From Octopus sinensis (Eukaryota): a stretch of DNA of 64,000 nt. The notes under the pieces are model-generated. The model saw nothing but the letters and a program-made list of their open reading frames with translations, did not search any database and had not been told where the DNA came from. This document shows positions 38,219 through 51,485 of this stretch, one piece after another. The first letter of the stretch is position 1, and each line of letters opens with the position of its first letter. Both the position numbers and the translations under genes were made by a program. The DNA lies in assembly GCF_006345805.1 (NCBI RefSeq), contig NC_043004.1, forward strand, positions 31,248,001-31,312,000, read 5' to 3'.

Positions 38219-38338
38219 GATAACAGGGTCACTTGTGGTCAATAGCTAAAGGGAGACAATCCCCTGTTGTTGGTACTGAGTAGTAAGGTCCTTTCCTCCT
38301 CCATATTCTAGAGAGGCCACTCGCTAGAGAGACCTTAA

Positions 38339-40350
38339 CACGTTGCCTGCCACAGGATAGTGATATGATCTGTTTCTATTTACCAAAAGGGTTTTATTAA
38401 CTTTCTCAAATCAGAAAGCTGATATATTTTGTGTGGTGGTATATAGGTACATAATACGTGTAGTTACACTACAATGACGTGATACGAGTTATCTTGTAGC
38501 AATGCCAAATGCTCAGATTGTTTTGCTATGAAGGCTTTGAGGGTTTGTTATTCATTATGTGACTATGTCTCTTCATTGTATAATGTTTTCTCTATTTTTT
38601 CAGATTTATAAAGAACTATTATAAATTTAAAAAGCTTTTCCAATGAAAAAATTTCTGGAATGCTTCACAAATTCGCAGAAAATAAACTACCGGAAGATGA
38701 TATTTTAGAGTCAGAGAGTGAATACTCAGATGCTTTGGATAAAAATTACATAGCAAATACTGGTGGAAGTAACACCAGTGATGCCAGTTCTACTGATGAA
38801 GATGAACAATTAGTTGCTCGAGGTCGTAAGAGACAATGCAGTTCTCCTGCACCAACTGCACCAAGTTCTCTGGCACCAACTGCATCGACATCTAATACTT
38901 GGTCATATACAGTGACAAATCCACCTTAATTTTCCTTCACCGCAACTCCAGGACTGAAGATTGAACTCAACACTAACACTATAGGAGAAGCCATCGACTA
39001 ATTTCTGACAGAAGAATTTTGGACTGTATTAATTGAGGAAACTAATGCTTATGCTATGCAGATATTAGATCAATAACAAGGTTTTGTACAAAGATCATCC
39101 CGGTTCAAAGAGTGGCACACAGAAAACGTGACAGAAATGAAGTGTTTCTTTGGCCTGATGTAACAAATGGGTACATATCCGAAACCATCTGTAGAAAGTT
39201 ATTGGTCCATTAACATTTTATACAAATCACCTCGTTTTTCCTTCTGTAATGAGTCAGAATCGTTTTCAGTTGCTGTTCCGATTTCTTCATTTTTCAAACA
39301 ACGAAGGTAATGGTGATCGTTTGTATAAAATTAATCCCATTCTTAGATATTTCAATAATATTATGGAAGAATTATATATCCCAGAGAGAGAAGTTTGTAT
39401 TGACAAGTCCATGGTACTTTGGCGTGGTCAGTAAGTATTTCGCCAGTACATAAAGAACCAAGAGATATAAGAATGGTGTAAAGTTGTATGAACTGTGTGA
39501 ATCAAGTGGTATTGTTCAAAAAATTTTGATCTATTCAGGAAAGCAAGACGCTCCAACTGGCATCTTGGGACATTCAGGTCAAGTTGTGCTTAGTCTGATG
39601 GATGAGTTCTTGATAAAGGTTATATTCTGTACACAGATAATTACTACAACTCTATTCCTTTGACAAAAGCAATGTCACAGCGATCTACATATATATGTGG
39701 AACTCTGAGGTTTACCCGAAAAGACAACCCAAAGGATTTGGTAAAAAGAAGTTGAAGAAAGGAGAGTCAGAATGGAGAAGATCAGATGAAGTAGTTGTGT
39801 GCAAATGGAAAGACAAGAGCGATGTATTGACAATTAGTAATATGCACCAAATGGAAATGGTAAATGTGATAAATTGTAATGGAAAAACAATCAAAGAAGC
39901 CCAATATTGTAAGAGATTATAACAACGATATGTCAGGAATAGATAGATCAGATCTAATGCTTTCCTATTATTCTTGTCCTCGGAAACACTCCGTTGGTAC
40001 AAGAAAATTGGTCTACATATGTTTGAAATTCTCTTCCATGATATGCTATTACAACCCAAATGTTAAAAATTGCAATAGATCATAAAAAAAAAATTTTTTT
40101 CTTATACCTGATATATATAGATGTTTTACCAAATATATTTCCTGGCAGGTGCCATGATATGAGTTAACTCCTATATTGGGCAAATAAAGGGTGTCTTTAG
40201 TGTTTCCACAATGCATTCACAATTTTAGTTCCAGACACCAGTTCATTTTAAGCGTGTTACAATAAAATAGACCTCTACGAGTATGCTCATACCTGGCAAA
40301 ATTGTATAGATTGCCAACTATAAGATAACTCGTAGTTGGCAGAAAACGTG
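38339..40350 (+). mobile_element. piggyBac transposon with both TIRs, PGBD4-like transposase pseudogene
   Basis: TTAA 38335-38338|cacgttgcctgcca ... tggcagaaaacgtg|TTAA 40351-40354; MSQNRFQLLFRFLHF, IDKSMVLWRG, YTDNYYNS, WKDKSDV, KPNIVRDYNNDMSGIDRSD; many stops and frameshifts. Confidence 0.93.
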
Positions 40351-40510
40351 TTAAGCCAACAGGTTTTGAGATCTGATGATACACTGTAAAGCTGAGTGCT
40401 CTATTGACATGACACCTAGGCTAATCCAATAAACTGGCCTTATCTAAATTTATTTATACACAGTATATATATATATATATTAGAAGGTTGGCAATGACGT
40501 ACAGGTATTA

Positions 40511-40650
40511 TATATTAGAAGAAATGAGGTACTCAGAAATCTGGATGGTCTTATATTTACAGATATTTATTAATATGTCACATAAAACATGTGACATATT
40601 CATAAATATCTGTAAATATAAAACCATCCAGATTTCTGAGTACCTCATTT

Positions 40651-40662
<12 letters not shown>
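40511..40662. repeat. Inverted repeat, ~72-bp arms, 5-nt loop
   Basis: ..gaggtactcagaaatctggatgg..atgtcacat AAAAC atgtgacat..ccatccagatttctgagtacctc..; two substitutions and one 1-nt indel. Confidence 0.95.
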
Positions 40663-40681
<19 letters not shown>

Positions 40682-40699
40682 CATCATCACCATCATCAT

Positions 40700-40954
40700 C
40701 ATCATCATTTAGTGTCCGCTTTCCATGCTAGCATGGGTTGGACGGTTCAACTGGGGTCTGTGAAGCCAGAAGGCTGCATCAGGCCCAGTCTGATCTGGCA
40801 GTGTTTCTACGGCTGGATGCCCTTCCTAACGCCAACCACTCCGTGAATGTAGTGGGTGCTTTTTACGTGCCACCCGCACTGGATTCAGATGGAGCTGGCA
40901 ACGGCCATGGATGGATGGTGCTTTTTACGTGCCACCGGCACAGGGGCCAGGCGA

Positions 40955-40960
<6 letters not shown>
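40700..40960 (-). mobile_element. RTE 3'UTR with (GAT)n tail
   Basis: ggatgcccttcctaacgccaaccactcc. Confidence 0.88.
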
Positions 40961-41008
<48 letters not shown>

Positions 41009-41182
41009 TTCTTGAATTAAAGTTTACCCTCCAGCACTGATGCTGCTCATAGCACTTGCACCATCCTAGTATAGTTGTACTGTTTTAGAAAGATTCATAG
41101 CCAACTTCTCTCAATACTTCCACTGTTTTGTCATTGAATGAGTATCCAGAACATCATATGGAACACATGACAAGGAAAAAAA

Positions 41183-41281
41183 GAAAGACAGAAATGTAAG
41201 CTAAAAAGACTTGCACAATCTCCAAATAGTTACTTTATGGATGTCAGATGTCCAGTTTGTTATAAAATCACCACTGAATTT
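41183..41281 (+). pseudogene. RPS27: 40S ribosomal protein S27 retrocopy fragment
   Basis: [33 protein letters not shown] vs the conserved [26 protein letters not shown]; both ends missing. Confidence 0.88.
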
Positions 41282-41995
41282 CTGAAAAGTAATATGAAGA
41301 GGTGGTGGGGGTGATGTTGGTGGAGAAGGGGACAGTTTGAGTTAAAAGATAAATTTCAGGAGGTTTTTTCCTGCCTTTTCTATCCTTTTTAAAAATATTT
41401 AATCGTTTTATTAATTTTTTTTTTTCAAGTATAATCATAGTTTCTTTCAAATAACAGTACATTTAACACCCCGCTTTTTATTTTTGCCATATTTCTGCTG
41501 AAATAGGCTGCCCATGTTTTAATTGATTTTTAAGATAATGAAGAATTTAGTAAAATAACTTCTTCATTTTAAGTCTAATGTTTGAAACATAGATTAATAA
41601 GAAATTTCGAGGGAAGGCTTGATTTTAAATCACTTTATAACAGGGAATTTATACTATGGAACCAAGGACAGTTTCAGGCAGATTGGCATCAAAAGTCTGC
41701 TACTTCACCAATTAATCAAAGGTAATTGAATGTGTTTCATTCAAGAGAACTTATCAATGCATATGTTGTTACCTGGAGATCAGAAAAGCAGTAGCTTTCA
41801 TATTCTCTGCACACAGACATGGCTAATAGATGGTTTGAGTTCATTTTTTTGCCATAGAAACCATTGTTTGATGAATCTTTTACATATTTCCAATGCTAAT
41901 AACCAATTAATTAAAAGCCTTGCAATGAAAACAGAAAGCAGCATCTCTAATGACCAAATATTCAATTCATTTGTGCATCATATCATCTTTTTCAG

Positions 41996-42063
41996 TGAAC
42001 AACAATTATTTTATTTTGGAAATTGGACAAACTGACAACTTTTGGATTTGAGATTAAATTCCA
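41996..42063 (+). CDS. Candidate 68-nt internal exon (xNNNYFILEIGQTDNFGFEIKFQ), gene unknown
   Basis: catatcatctttttcag|..|gtagag with an open phase-1 frame in unique sequence. Confidence 0.25.
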
Positions 42064-42581
42064 GGTAGAGTTGTGAAGTTCTGTTCGGAATTTTATTTTA
42101 TCATCATGCATAATAGTATATGCTGGATATTATGGCACCAATACTTGAATTTGAAATATCTTTTCATCTTTCTGTTGCAACATTATCCATAATTTAAACA
42201 AAAGAAATAAATTATCAGTTTAAATTCATCGATGCTTTTTTGTTGGTTTCTGCTAAATAAATGATTAAATCTATACAAATAAATAATGTTCAATGAATTT
42301 TTATTGTTTTCCAGATTATAGCACTTAATTCATTATTCAATTTAAAAAAATAACAATGGAAGAAATTTTGTTAATTATAAATAAAAAATGTATGTATCCG
42401 TTTCTTCTTTGAGAGAAATAAATTACAGACTGCAGGTGTGTGTGTTGTAATTTCTTTTCAGCTATTAAGGAATGTTTGGCTTGTTTTAGTGCTGTTTTAA
42501 TAATAAGGGATGTCTATTGTCTTTTAACCCTTTTGATTCCAACCTGCCTGAGAGCACCCTTTTTTCTGTGATACAAACATC

Positions 42582-42945
42582 AAGGCTGTGTTACAAGAAG
42601 CTTGCTTCCCAAAAACATGATTTTCAGTTCAGTCTCACCATGTGGCACCTTGAGCAAGTGTTTTCTACTATAGTGCCAGGCTGACCAAAGCCATGCGAGT
42701 AGATTTGTTTGATGGAAACTGAAAGAAGCCCATCAAAAATACATGCATGTATGTATATATCTATGTGTGTGCCTCTTTGTCATTCTTCCAAGCAACTGCT
42801 TGACAACTGATGTTGGTTTGTTTATGTCCCTGTAACAAAAAGAGACAAATAAAATAAGTTCCAGGCATTTAATACATAAACACTGGGGTCAATTTGCTGA
42901 ACTAAACATTTTAATGTGTTGTTTCAGCATGACTTCATTCTAATG
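42582..42945 (+). mobile_element. SINE family B inserted in a TTAA MITE
   Basis: MITE begins ~42523 (ttaaccccttttgattcc) and resumes ~42946. Confidence 0.75.
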
Positions 42946-42978
42946 AAAAATCTTCTATCAAAATTTCATGTTAATTTA

Positions 42979-44357
<1,379 letters not shown>

Positions 44358-44839
44358 TATGTCTCCAAATATGCCAAGTTTGTATGTTCACAACATAAAT
44401 TTACCTATGTCAGATAAGGACAGTGTCAGACCTTGGGTGTGTTCTCAGAAGAAATTATAATGGCTACAGTGTATTCTTCTTGTCAACAAAATCTCATATA
44501 AGCATCTTTTATAAAGACAGGATGATGAGCAGTTATCATCTACATCAACACAATGATGAGCCTTTAGCTTTAACTTGAGAGAATAGATTTTTGTTTGATA
44601 TATCAAACAAACAAATGAAATTTAGTAACCAGTTTAACCGTCTGACCGAATCAATATTCACTGAGACAATAATGAAAGCTTTATTGATAGACTATCTGAG
44701 TTGTGGTATTAAAAGTGTTTGTAAGTTTGTTTTTTTCATATGTATGCATGTATGTATATGTGTATATGTGCGCATATGTGTGTGTGTTTCATATATGTGC
44801 ATTTGTGTATGTGTGCGCATGTATGTGTATGTGTGTGTT

Positions 44840-44887
<48 letters not shown>

Positions 44888-45064
44888 ATGCAATAGAAGC
44901 AGTATTAAATTAATATAGCCATCTTTGGATCATACCCAATGTAAATATATTGTTGAAAGTTGAAAGGCAATTTGTTCCTAAGAGATGTTATCTCTGAACA
45001 ATACTATAGCAAATTGCCTTTCAATGATGTATTTCCATTAAGTATGATGCTATATATACATATA

Positions 45065-45905
45065 CAGGGGTTGGTCAAAATAATGGAAACACCTTAAAAT
45101 TTCAAACAAATTTATTTTGATATGGGGTAGGACCACCTTTGGCAGTAATTACAGCTTGAATTCTACAAGGAATGAACTTGTATAAAGTTTGAATTTGTTT
45201 CCAAAGGGATTTTTGTCCATTCTTCAGCTAAAACAGTTTCCAGTTCTTGTAGTGATGATGGTGGAGGATGATGGTGGAGGATATTGACTCCTTACTTGTT
45301 TTTCTAAAATGCACCATAAATGTTCAATAATATTTGGGACTGTGGTGGCCAGATAAGATGTTCAACTTCACTAGAATGTTCTTTGTGCCATTCAGTAACA
45401 ACTTTCGCTGGTTGAATTGGTGCATTATCATCTTGAAAGATTGCATTTCCCTCTGGAAATAGTTCTGCAACCATAGGATGAATTTGATCAGATAAAATAC
45501 TTAAATAGCCTTGACTATTAATTCTGCCATGAATGGAAAGCACTGGGCTGGCAATTTCCAAGATATAGTCCCCCAGATCATCACAGATCCTCCTCTGTGT
45601 TTAACAGTTGGAAGAAAGTAGTCTGGGTCAAATGCTTCTTTTGGTTCTCTCCACGTGTATAATCAGCCAGTGGTCAGAAATAAGGTAAAGGATGACTCGT
45701 TTGAGAAAATAATATTCTTCCACTGCTCTAGGGACCAATTCTGTAGCTTTTTACTCCACTCTAAATGCTTTGCAATGTTTGTTTTTGAAAGTAGTGGTTT
45801 TCTGATTGCAGACCTCCCGTGAGATCCAGCTTGGTGCAACTCCCAGTGAACAGTTTTTGTGGTAACTGGGTTCTTGAGGTAGTCATTAAACTCTGTAAGA
45901 GCAAA
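45065..45905 (-). mobile_element. Tc1 element 3' two-thirds (DDE domain), 5' part lost
   Basis: TA|caggggttggtcaaaataatggaaacacc TIR; WKNIIFSNES, FQDDNAP, WPPQS. Confidence 0.9.
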
Positions 45906-46385
45906 GTCATCAGCACAGAGGAGCTCCCAGGGGCAGCCTGTCTTAAATTCTTCTGTTATTGCCTGAAGGACTATGATGAATAAGATGGGGCTGAGCACTG
46001 ATCTTTGGTGAACCCCTACTTGTACTCTGAATTCTTCGCTGTACTCATTGCCAACCCTCACCTTACTGGTATCATCCCTGTATATGGCTTGTACAGCCCT
46101 CACTAACCATTCATCTATCTCTAGTTTCCGCATCGACCACCAGATAAGGGATTTGGGGACCCTGTCAAAGGCTTTATCCAAGTCAACAAAAGTCAAGTAC
46201 AGAGGTTTATCTTTGGCTAGGTATTTCTCCTGCAGCTGTCTTAACAGAAATATAGCATCAGTGGCGCTTCTCCCTGGCACAAAACCAAACTGCATCATTA
46301 GTTGGGCTATGACTTTCTCTGTAACTTTCATCACCTGATCCAACAATTTGGTACCTCTGTAGTTATTTCTAGTTAAGGCATCATA
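45905..46385 (-). mobile_element. RTE reverse-transcriptase core fragment, open and in frame with the Tc1 fragment
   Basis: NYRGTKLL, QFGFVPGRSATDAIF, FVDLDKAFDRVP, GVHQRSVLSPILF, LCADD within ORF 45663-46499. Confidence 0.92.
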
Positions 46386-46408
46386 TATGTATGTCAGGTA
46401 GTATGTAT

Positions 46409-46464
<56 letters not shown>

Positions 46465-46468
<4 letters not shown>

Positions 46469-46635
46469 TCATCATCATCATCATTATCATCATCATCATC
46501 GTTTAACGTCCGTTTTCCGCGCTAGCACGGGTTGGACGGTTCGACCGGGGTCTAGGAAGTCAGGGGCTGCACCAGGTTCCAGTCTGATCTGGCAGTGTTT
46601 CTGCAGCTGGATGCCCTTCCTAACACCAACCACGT
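46465..46635 (-). mobile_element. RTE 3'UTR end with (GAT)n tail
   Basis: catcgtttaacgtccgttttccgcgctagcacggg..ggatgcccttcc. Confidence 0.88.
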
Positions 46636-47443
46636 CAGTCTTCTATGCTTACAAGGCTTTTGTTGGCCCGTGACTATACCAAAAGTCACTAGATCAAGAT
46701 GTTGTACAGTGGGACAGAACTCAAAACAACATAGTTGTAAAGTAAACTTCTTAACCACACAGCCATATCTATAACTGTATCACTTGTAGCAAAATAATTA
46801 GTTCTAATTTCTTTCTTTAGCAAGATCCGTGTGCTATAAATTCTCTCACAATTGTTCTTAAATAAACTTGTATAAATTTCCTTGATTAATATGTTGCAGA
46901 GAAAATCAAAGACATCCAGCGTGGCATAAGATATGATTGAACATATCAGAAATGATTGAACAAGGATAGAAATGCCATGATAACTGGATATAATTAATGG
47001 TTTGATAATAATAGAGGTAGTATAAAATCATCAGTAATGATTGCAAATTAGCATCAAGGGGGTGAGAGGAGAAATGAAACACCATAGTTATAATGAATGT
47101 GGTTAATAAGTCTGATTATGTAGGGTACCACTTCTCAGAACAACAAATTTAATGGTTATGGTTTTGGTAGCATATATAACTTAAATGAGTACAAGTATAA
47201 AAGCAAAAGAGTGTCTGCATAAAACTTAGTTACATACATATATGTGTATACATATATATGTGTGTGTATAGATGCCGGTGTGGCTGTGTGGTGAGAAGCT
47301 TGCTTCCCAACGACATGGTTTCAAGTTCAGTTCCATTGCATGGCACTTTAGGTAAGTATCTTCTACTACAGCCTTAGGGCTACCAAAGACTTGTGAGTGG
47401 ATTTCGTCGACGGAAATGTTGTATATATATATATATATATATA

Positions 47444-47954
47444 CTAGCAGTATCGCCCGGCGTTGCTCGGGTTTGTAAGGGAAATAACTATATAAGCATT
47501 TTTAGAGAGTTACTTCCCTTATAGATGCCAATTCGGGCTTTCTTAGCCATTTCTGTTTTGGTGTCTTCAAGCCATGAAGTCGTTGTTCTAAAAGAACGCT
47601 GGTCTCCTTGACAACGCTTTACGACGTTGATTTCCTTACACTCCCTTCCCCACAGCTTCATGAAGGAGGGAAGAAGGGGGAGAAGCAAACAGGTGCAGGT
47701 GTGATCATGGACGCCAACTCCGCCGCCATCGACACATGAAAAATTATGCATTAAAATGGAATAAAAAATGATGTTAAATTATTTTTAAAATCGTAGACTC
47801 ATCGTAGACGCGCGCTAATACTCAGATGGGCTCGATATGAATCACGACTATAAGATACCCGAATTTGGTTAAACTGCACCGCAAAATGTGGGAGTAATTA
47901 GGATCTAAATCGAAGGGGACAGACACTCACACAACTACAGTTTTATATATATAT

Positions 47955-47957
<3 letters not shown>
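47444..47957 (-). mobile_element. Non-autonomous Helitron, second copy, inserted in the (TA)n of a SINE B (head ~47275-47425)
   Basis: A|TC start at 47957, hairpin plus CTAG|T at 47444. Confidence 0.92.
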
Positions 47958-47989
<32 letters not shown>

Positions 47990-47996
<7 letters not shown>

Positions 47997-48243
47997 TTAT
48001 GTATGTGTGGTCTTTGTGTCTGTATTTGTCCCCTGCCCCCATCACCACTTGACAACTGGTGTTGATGTGCTTACATCATCGTAACTTAGCAGTTTGGCAA
48101 AAGAGACTTATAAAATAAGTACTAGACTTACAAATTATAAGTCCTGAGATCAATTCTTGCAACTAAAGCCCTTTAAAGTGGTGCTCCAGCATGGCCGCAG
48201 TCAAATGACTGAAACAAATAAAAGAATAAAAAAATAAAAAATA

Positions 48244-48288
<45 letters not shown>

Positions 48289-48545
48289 GTATATATTTAT
48301 GTATGTGTGGTCTTTGTGTCTGTATTTGTCCCCTGCCCCCATCACCACTTGACAACTGGTGTTGATGTGCTTACATCATCGTAACTTAGCAGTTTGGCAA
48401 AAGAGACTTATAAAATAAGTACTAGACTTACAAATTATAAGTCCTGAGATCAATTCTTGCAACTAAAGCCCTTTAAAGTGGTGCTCCAGCATGGCCGCAG
48501 TCAAATGACTGAAACAAATAAAAGAATAAAAAAATAAAAAATAAA
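47990..48545 (+). repeat. Perfect 300-bp tandem duplication of a SINE B tail
   Basis: Lines starting 48001 and 48301 are identical for ~245 bp. Confidence 0.95.
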
Positions 48546-48559
48546 TATATATATATGTA

Positions 48560-48870
48560 TACCATCCAAATCGTGGCCGATGCCAGTGCCGCCTCGACTG
48601 GCTTCCGTGCCGGTGGCACGTAAAATGCACCAATCCGACCGTGGCCGTTGCCAGCCTCGCCTGGCACCTGTGCAGGTGGCACGTAAAAAGCACCCACTAC
48701 ACTCACGGAGTGGTTGGCGTTAGGAAGGGCATCCAGCTGTAGAAACACTGCCAGATCAGACTGGAGCCTGGTGCAGCCTTCTGGCTTCCCAGATCACCGG
48801 TCGAACCGTCCAACCCATGCTAGCATGGAGAATGGATGTTAAACGATGATGATGATGATGATGATGATGA
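48560..48870 (+). mobile_element. RTE 3'UTR, near consensus, (GAT)n tail
   Basis: gtggttggcgttaggaagggcatccagctgtagaaac..gttaaacgatgatgat. Confidence 0.9.
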
Positions 48871-49399
48871 TATATATATATATATGTATATATATAATAA
48901 AACTTTACATATATAAATATAAATAACGTGAAATACACGAAGGGACGAACATAAAAAACAGACGGGTCATTCAAAGCCTTCATTCTTCAGTCAGAAACCG
49001 ATTCATCATTGCAAATTTCGGCTGTTATATATATATATATATTTGCCTGATTTGTTTTATGTTATCGGTTATCAATTAACCAACCATAACAAAGTCAAGG
49101 CCTTTCAAAACAATATATGACCAATTAGGTTACACGAGTGAACAAAAATAACCCCTCCCCCACTTCCTGCAGGATTTCAACTACCCCATAAGCAAAAAAT
49201 AACGGAGAAATAAACATATTACACGTTTATATGAATATATATATATGTTTGTGTATTATTGTTATAATTATATTATATAATTATAATGATACGAACTGAT
49301 GCATTAATCCTCCCTTCTAAACACATCTAATATATATGTACCTATGAGTATGTTTGTACGGAAATATATATGTATGTGTATATATGTGTGTGTGTGTGT

Positions 49400-49435
<36 letters not shown>

Positions 49436-49437
<2 letters not shown>

Positions 49438-49818
49438 GAGGCGCAATGGCCCAGTGGTTAGGGCAGTGGACTCGCGGTCATAGGATCGCGGTTTCGATTC
49501 CCAGACCGGGCGTTGTGAGTGTTTATTGAGCGAAAACACCTAAAACTCCACGAGGCTCCGGCAGAGGGTGGTGGTGATCCCTGCTGTACTCTTTCACCAC
49601 AACTTTCTCTCACTCTTACTTCCTGTTTCTGTTGTACCTGTATTTCAAAGGGCCGGCCTTGTCACCCTCTGTGTCATGCTGAATATCCCCGAGAACTACG
49701 TTAAGGGTACACGTGTCTGTGGAGTGCTCAGCCACTTACACGTTAATTTCACGAGCAGGCTGTTCCGTTGATTCGGATCAACCGGAACCCTCGTCGTCGT
49801 AACCGACAGAGTGCTTCC
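49436..49818 (+). mobile_element. SINE family D, tail type 1, near consensus
   Basis: tRNA-like head with A and B boxes; CpGs largely retained. Confidence 0.92.
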
Positions 49819-49989
49819 ACATATGTGTATGTATATATGTGTATTCCTCATGTATATACAGTTTCATTCTTACATAACTAAAATAATCTTAAGATATATT
49901 GAGTTTATAAATTACAATATTACTCCTCTAATAATAACTTTCTCATACCTCTGTTTATATTTTATCTAATATGAATAATATAATGCATC

Positions 49990-50036
<47 letters not shown>

Positions 50037-50185
50037 TAATAATGATAATAATTGATTCATTTGTATGCATATACATACACATATGCTTCTACATTTAAGT
50101 GTAGATATATGTATTTATGTATATTTATGTATATGTATATGTAAAAGTATGTGTATATGTGTATAGCCTTATGAACTTTCTAAAC

Positions 50186-50307
50186 TCTCTGACGAAGCCT
50201 AGAGAAACACCCAAGCACCTCAATTTCATCTACTAATTACTTCAGTCCACTGGAAGGATAAAAGTAGAATGAGGTATTATTGCCTCTTGGCTGAAACAGC
50301 TGTAAGA
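50186..50307 (+). ncRNA. Hammerhead-like motif with ~89-nt loop in stem II
   Basis: UCU-CUGACGA-AGCC-[loop]-GGCU-GAA-ACAGCUGU-A/AGA; palindromic stem III, GUA triplet. Confidence 0.55.
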
Positions 50308-50690
50308 TATTATCCCAATTTCTATTGCTCTATGTTATATTTTAATAATTACTGGTATTTTTATATTTTATGTATTATATATGTAAAGCATAATATGTTA
50401 TACATGTATGTATATTGCTATAATTGTCTTTTTTAAAAAATAAATGAATAGACATAGTTGTTGAATATTGATCCCCTCCATTTTCTTATTGCTCTACAAA
50501 TTAATGATAAAATAACTTTTTACCCTCACCCATTTATTACACTCAGTAATGTAATTGCCATGCAATGAAAAAATACTTGTGTATTAATAATTGGGTATTC
50601 TACCAGCAGTATATTGGATAGATGTTATCCCTTAGTTGGTTGGATTCACAACCTCTTACTTAGAATTATATATATATATGTGTATATATA

Positions 50691-50817
50691 CATTTAGCAG
50701 AAGCAACACAGTGACTCGAGGGTTGAGAGCCTCATGCATTAGCACTTAACAAAGTTTGATAAGTGCCACTGCACAAGGCTTTTGGCCCTTGAGTCACTCT
50801 GTCATTTCTGCTAAATG
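50691..50817. mobile_element. 127-bp palindromic MITE with TA TSD
   Basis: TA|catttagcagaa..gtgactcgaggg ... cccttgagtcac..ttctgctaaatg|TA. Confidence 0.8.
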
Positions 50818-50824
50818 TAACTTT

Positions 50825-51010
50825 CAAATCTTGGCACAAGGCCAGCAATTTCGGGGGAAGGATAAGTCAATTACATCAATGCCAGTGTTCAACTGGTGCT
50901 TATTTTATTGATCCCAAAAGGCTGAATGGCTAAATTGACCTCAGTGGAATTTGAACTCAGAACATAAAGATGGACGAAATGCCGCTAAGCATTTTGCCTG
51001 ACATGCTAAT
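50825..51010 (-). mobile_element. SINE family A
   Basis: gacctcagtggaatttgaactcagaac..ccgctaagcattttgcc. Confidence 0.8.
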
Positions 51011-51224
51011 GATCCTGTCCTGCTTGTATGGATCAGATGAACTTCATTTAAACAGATTTTCTCGGGTAGAGTGCCTGTTCTGTGGCCAACCCATACCTAT
51101 TTCTTAACAAGGTAATTAATATTTCCCCTTGGTCAGAGATGCTTTCCATGGAAGACTGAAAACAAACATCATTTGTATGACTGATGCTTATTTACAACCA
51201 TCACAAAGGCAATAAGTAACCAAG

Positions 51225-51485
51225 ACCTTTGGCAATACGTTGTGCTTGGGAAGACTTGTCAAGCCAGTACTTGTGACCGATGTCGGTGTCATGTAACTGG
51301 CACCCATGCCAGTGGCATGTAAAAAGGACCCATTACACTCTTGGAGTGGTTGGCATTAGGAAGAGCATCCCACCACAGAAACCATGCAAATTAGATTAGA
51401 ACCTGGTTCAGCTCTCCAGCTTACTAGTTTCAGTCAAACCGTCTAACCCATGCCAGCATGGAAAGCAGACGCTAAATGATGATGA
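51225..51485 (+). mobile_element. RTE 3'UTR
   Basis: accaagacctttggc..gagtggttggcattaggaagagcatcc..aaatgatgatga. Confidence 0.85.

Noticed and set aside
41730-42035. 101-aa ORF in unique sequence
   Set aside because: No recognisable domain; overlaps a better exon candidate in a different frame
42315-42390. Strong acceptor (tttttattgttttccag) followed by AT-rich sequence
   Set aside because: All three frames stop within 13 codons; only viable as a terminal exon or with a homopolymer error, which I cannot test
44960-45024. 15-bp inverted repeat with a small inner stem
   Set aside because: Short arms and a 35-nt spacer in AT-rich DNA; not distinguishable from chance or a tiny MITE relic
48960-49015. 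CTGAAGA motif on the minus strand
   Set aside because: No stem II/GAAA arrangement could be drawn
49436-49510. tRNA-like sequences (also 21966, 31471, 54608)
   Set aside because: They continue into SINE bodies and have no proper acceptor stem or terminator; they are SINE heads, not tRNA genes
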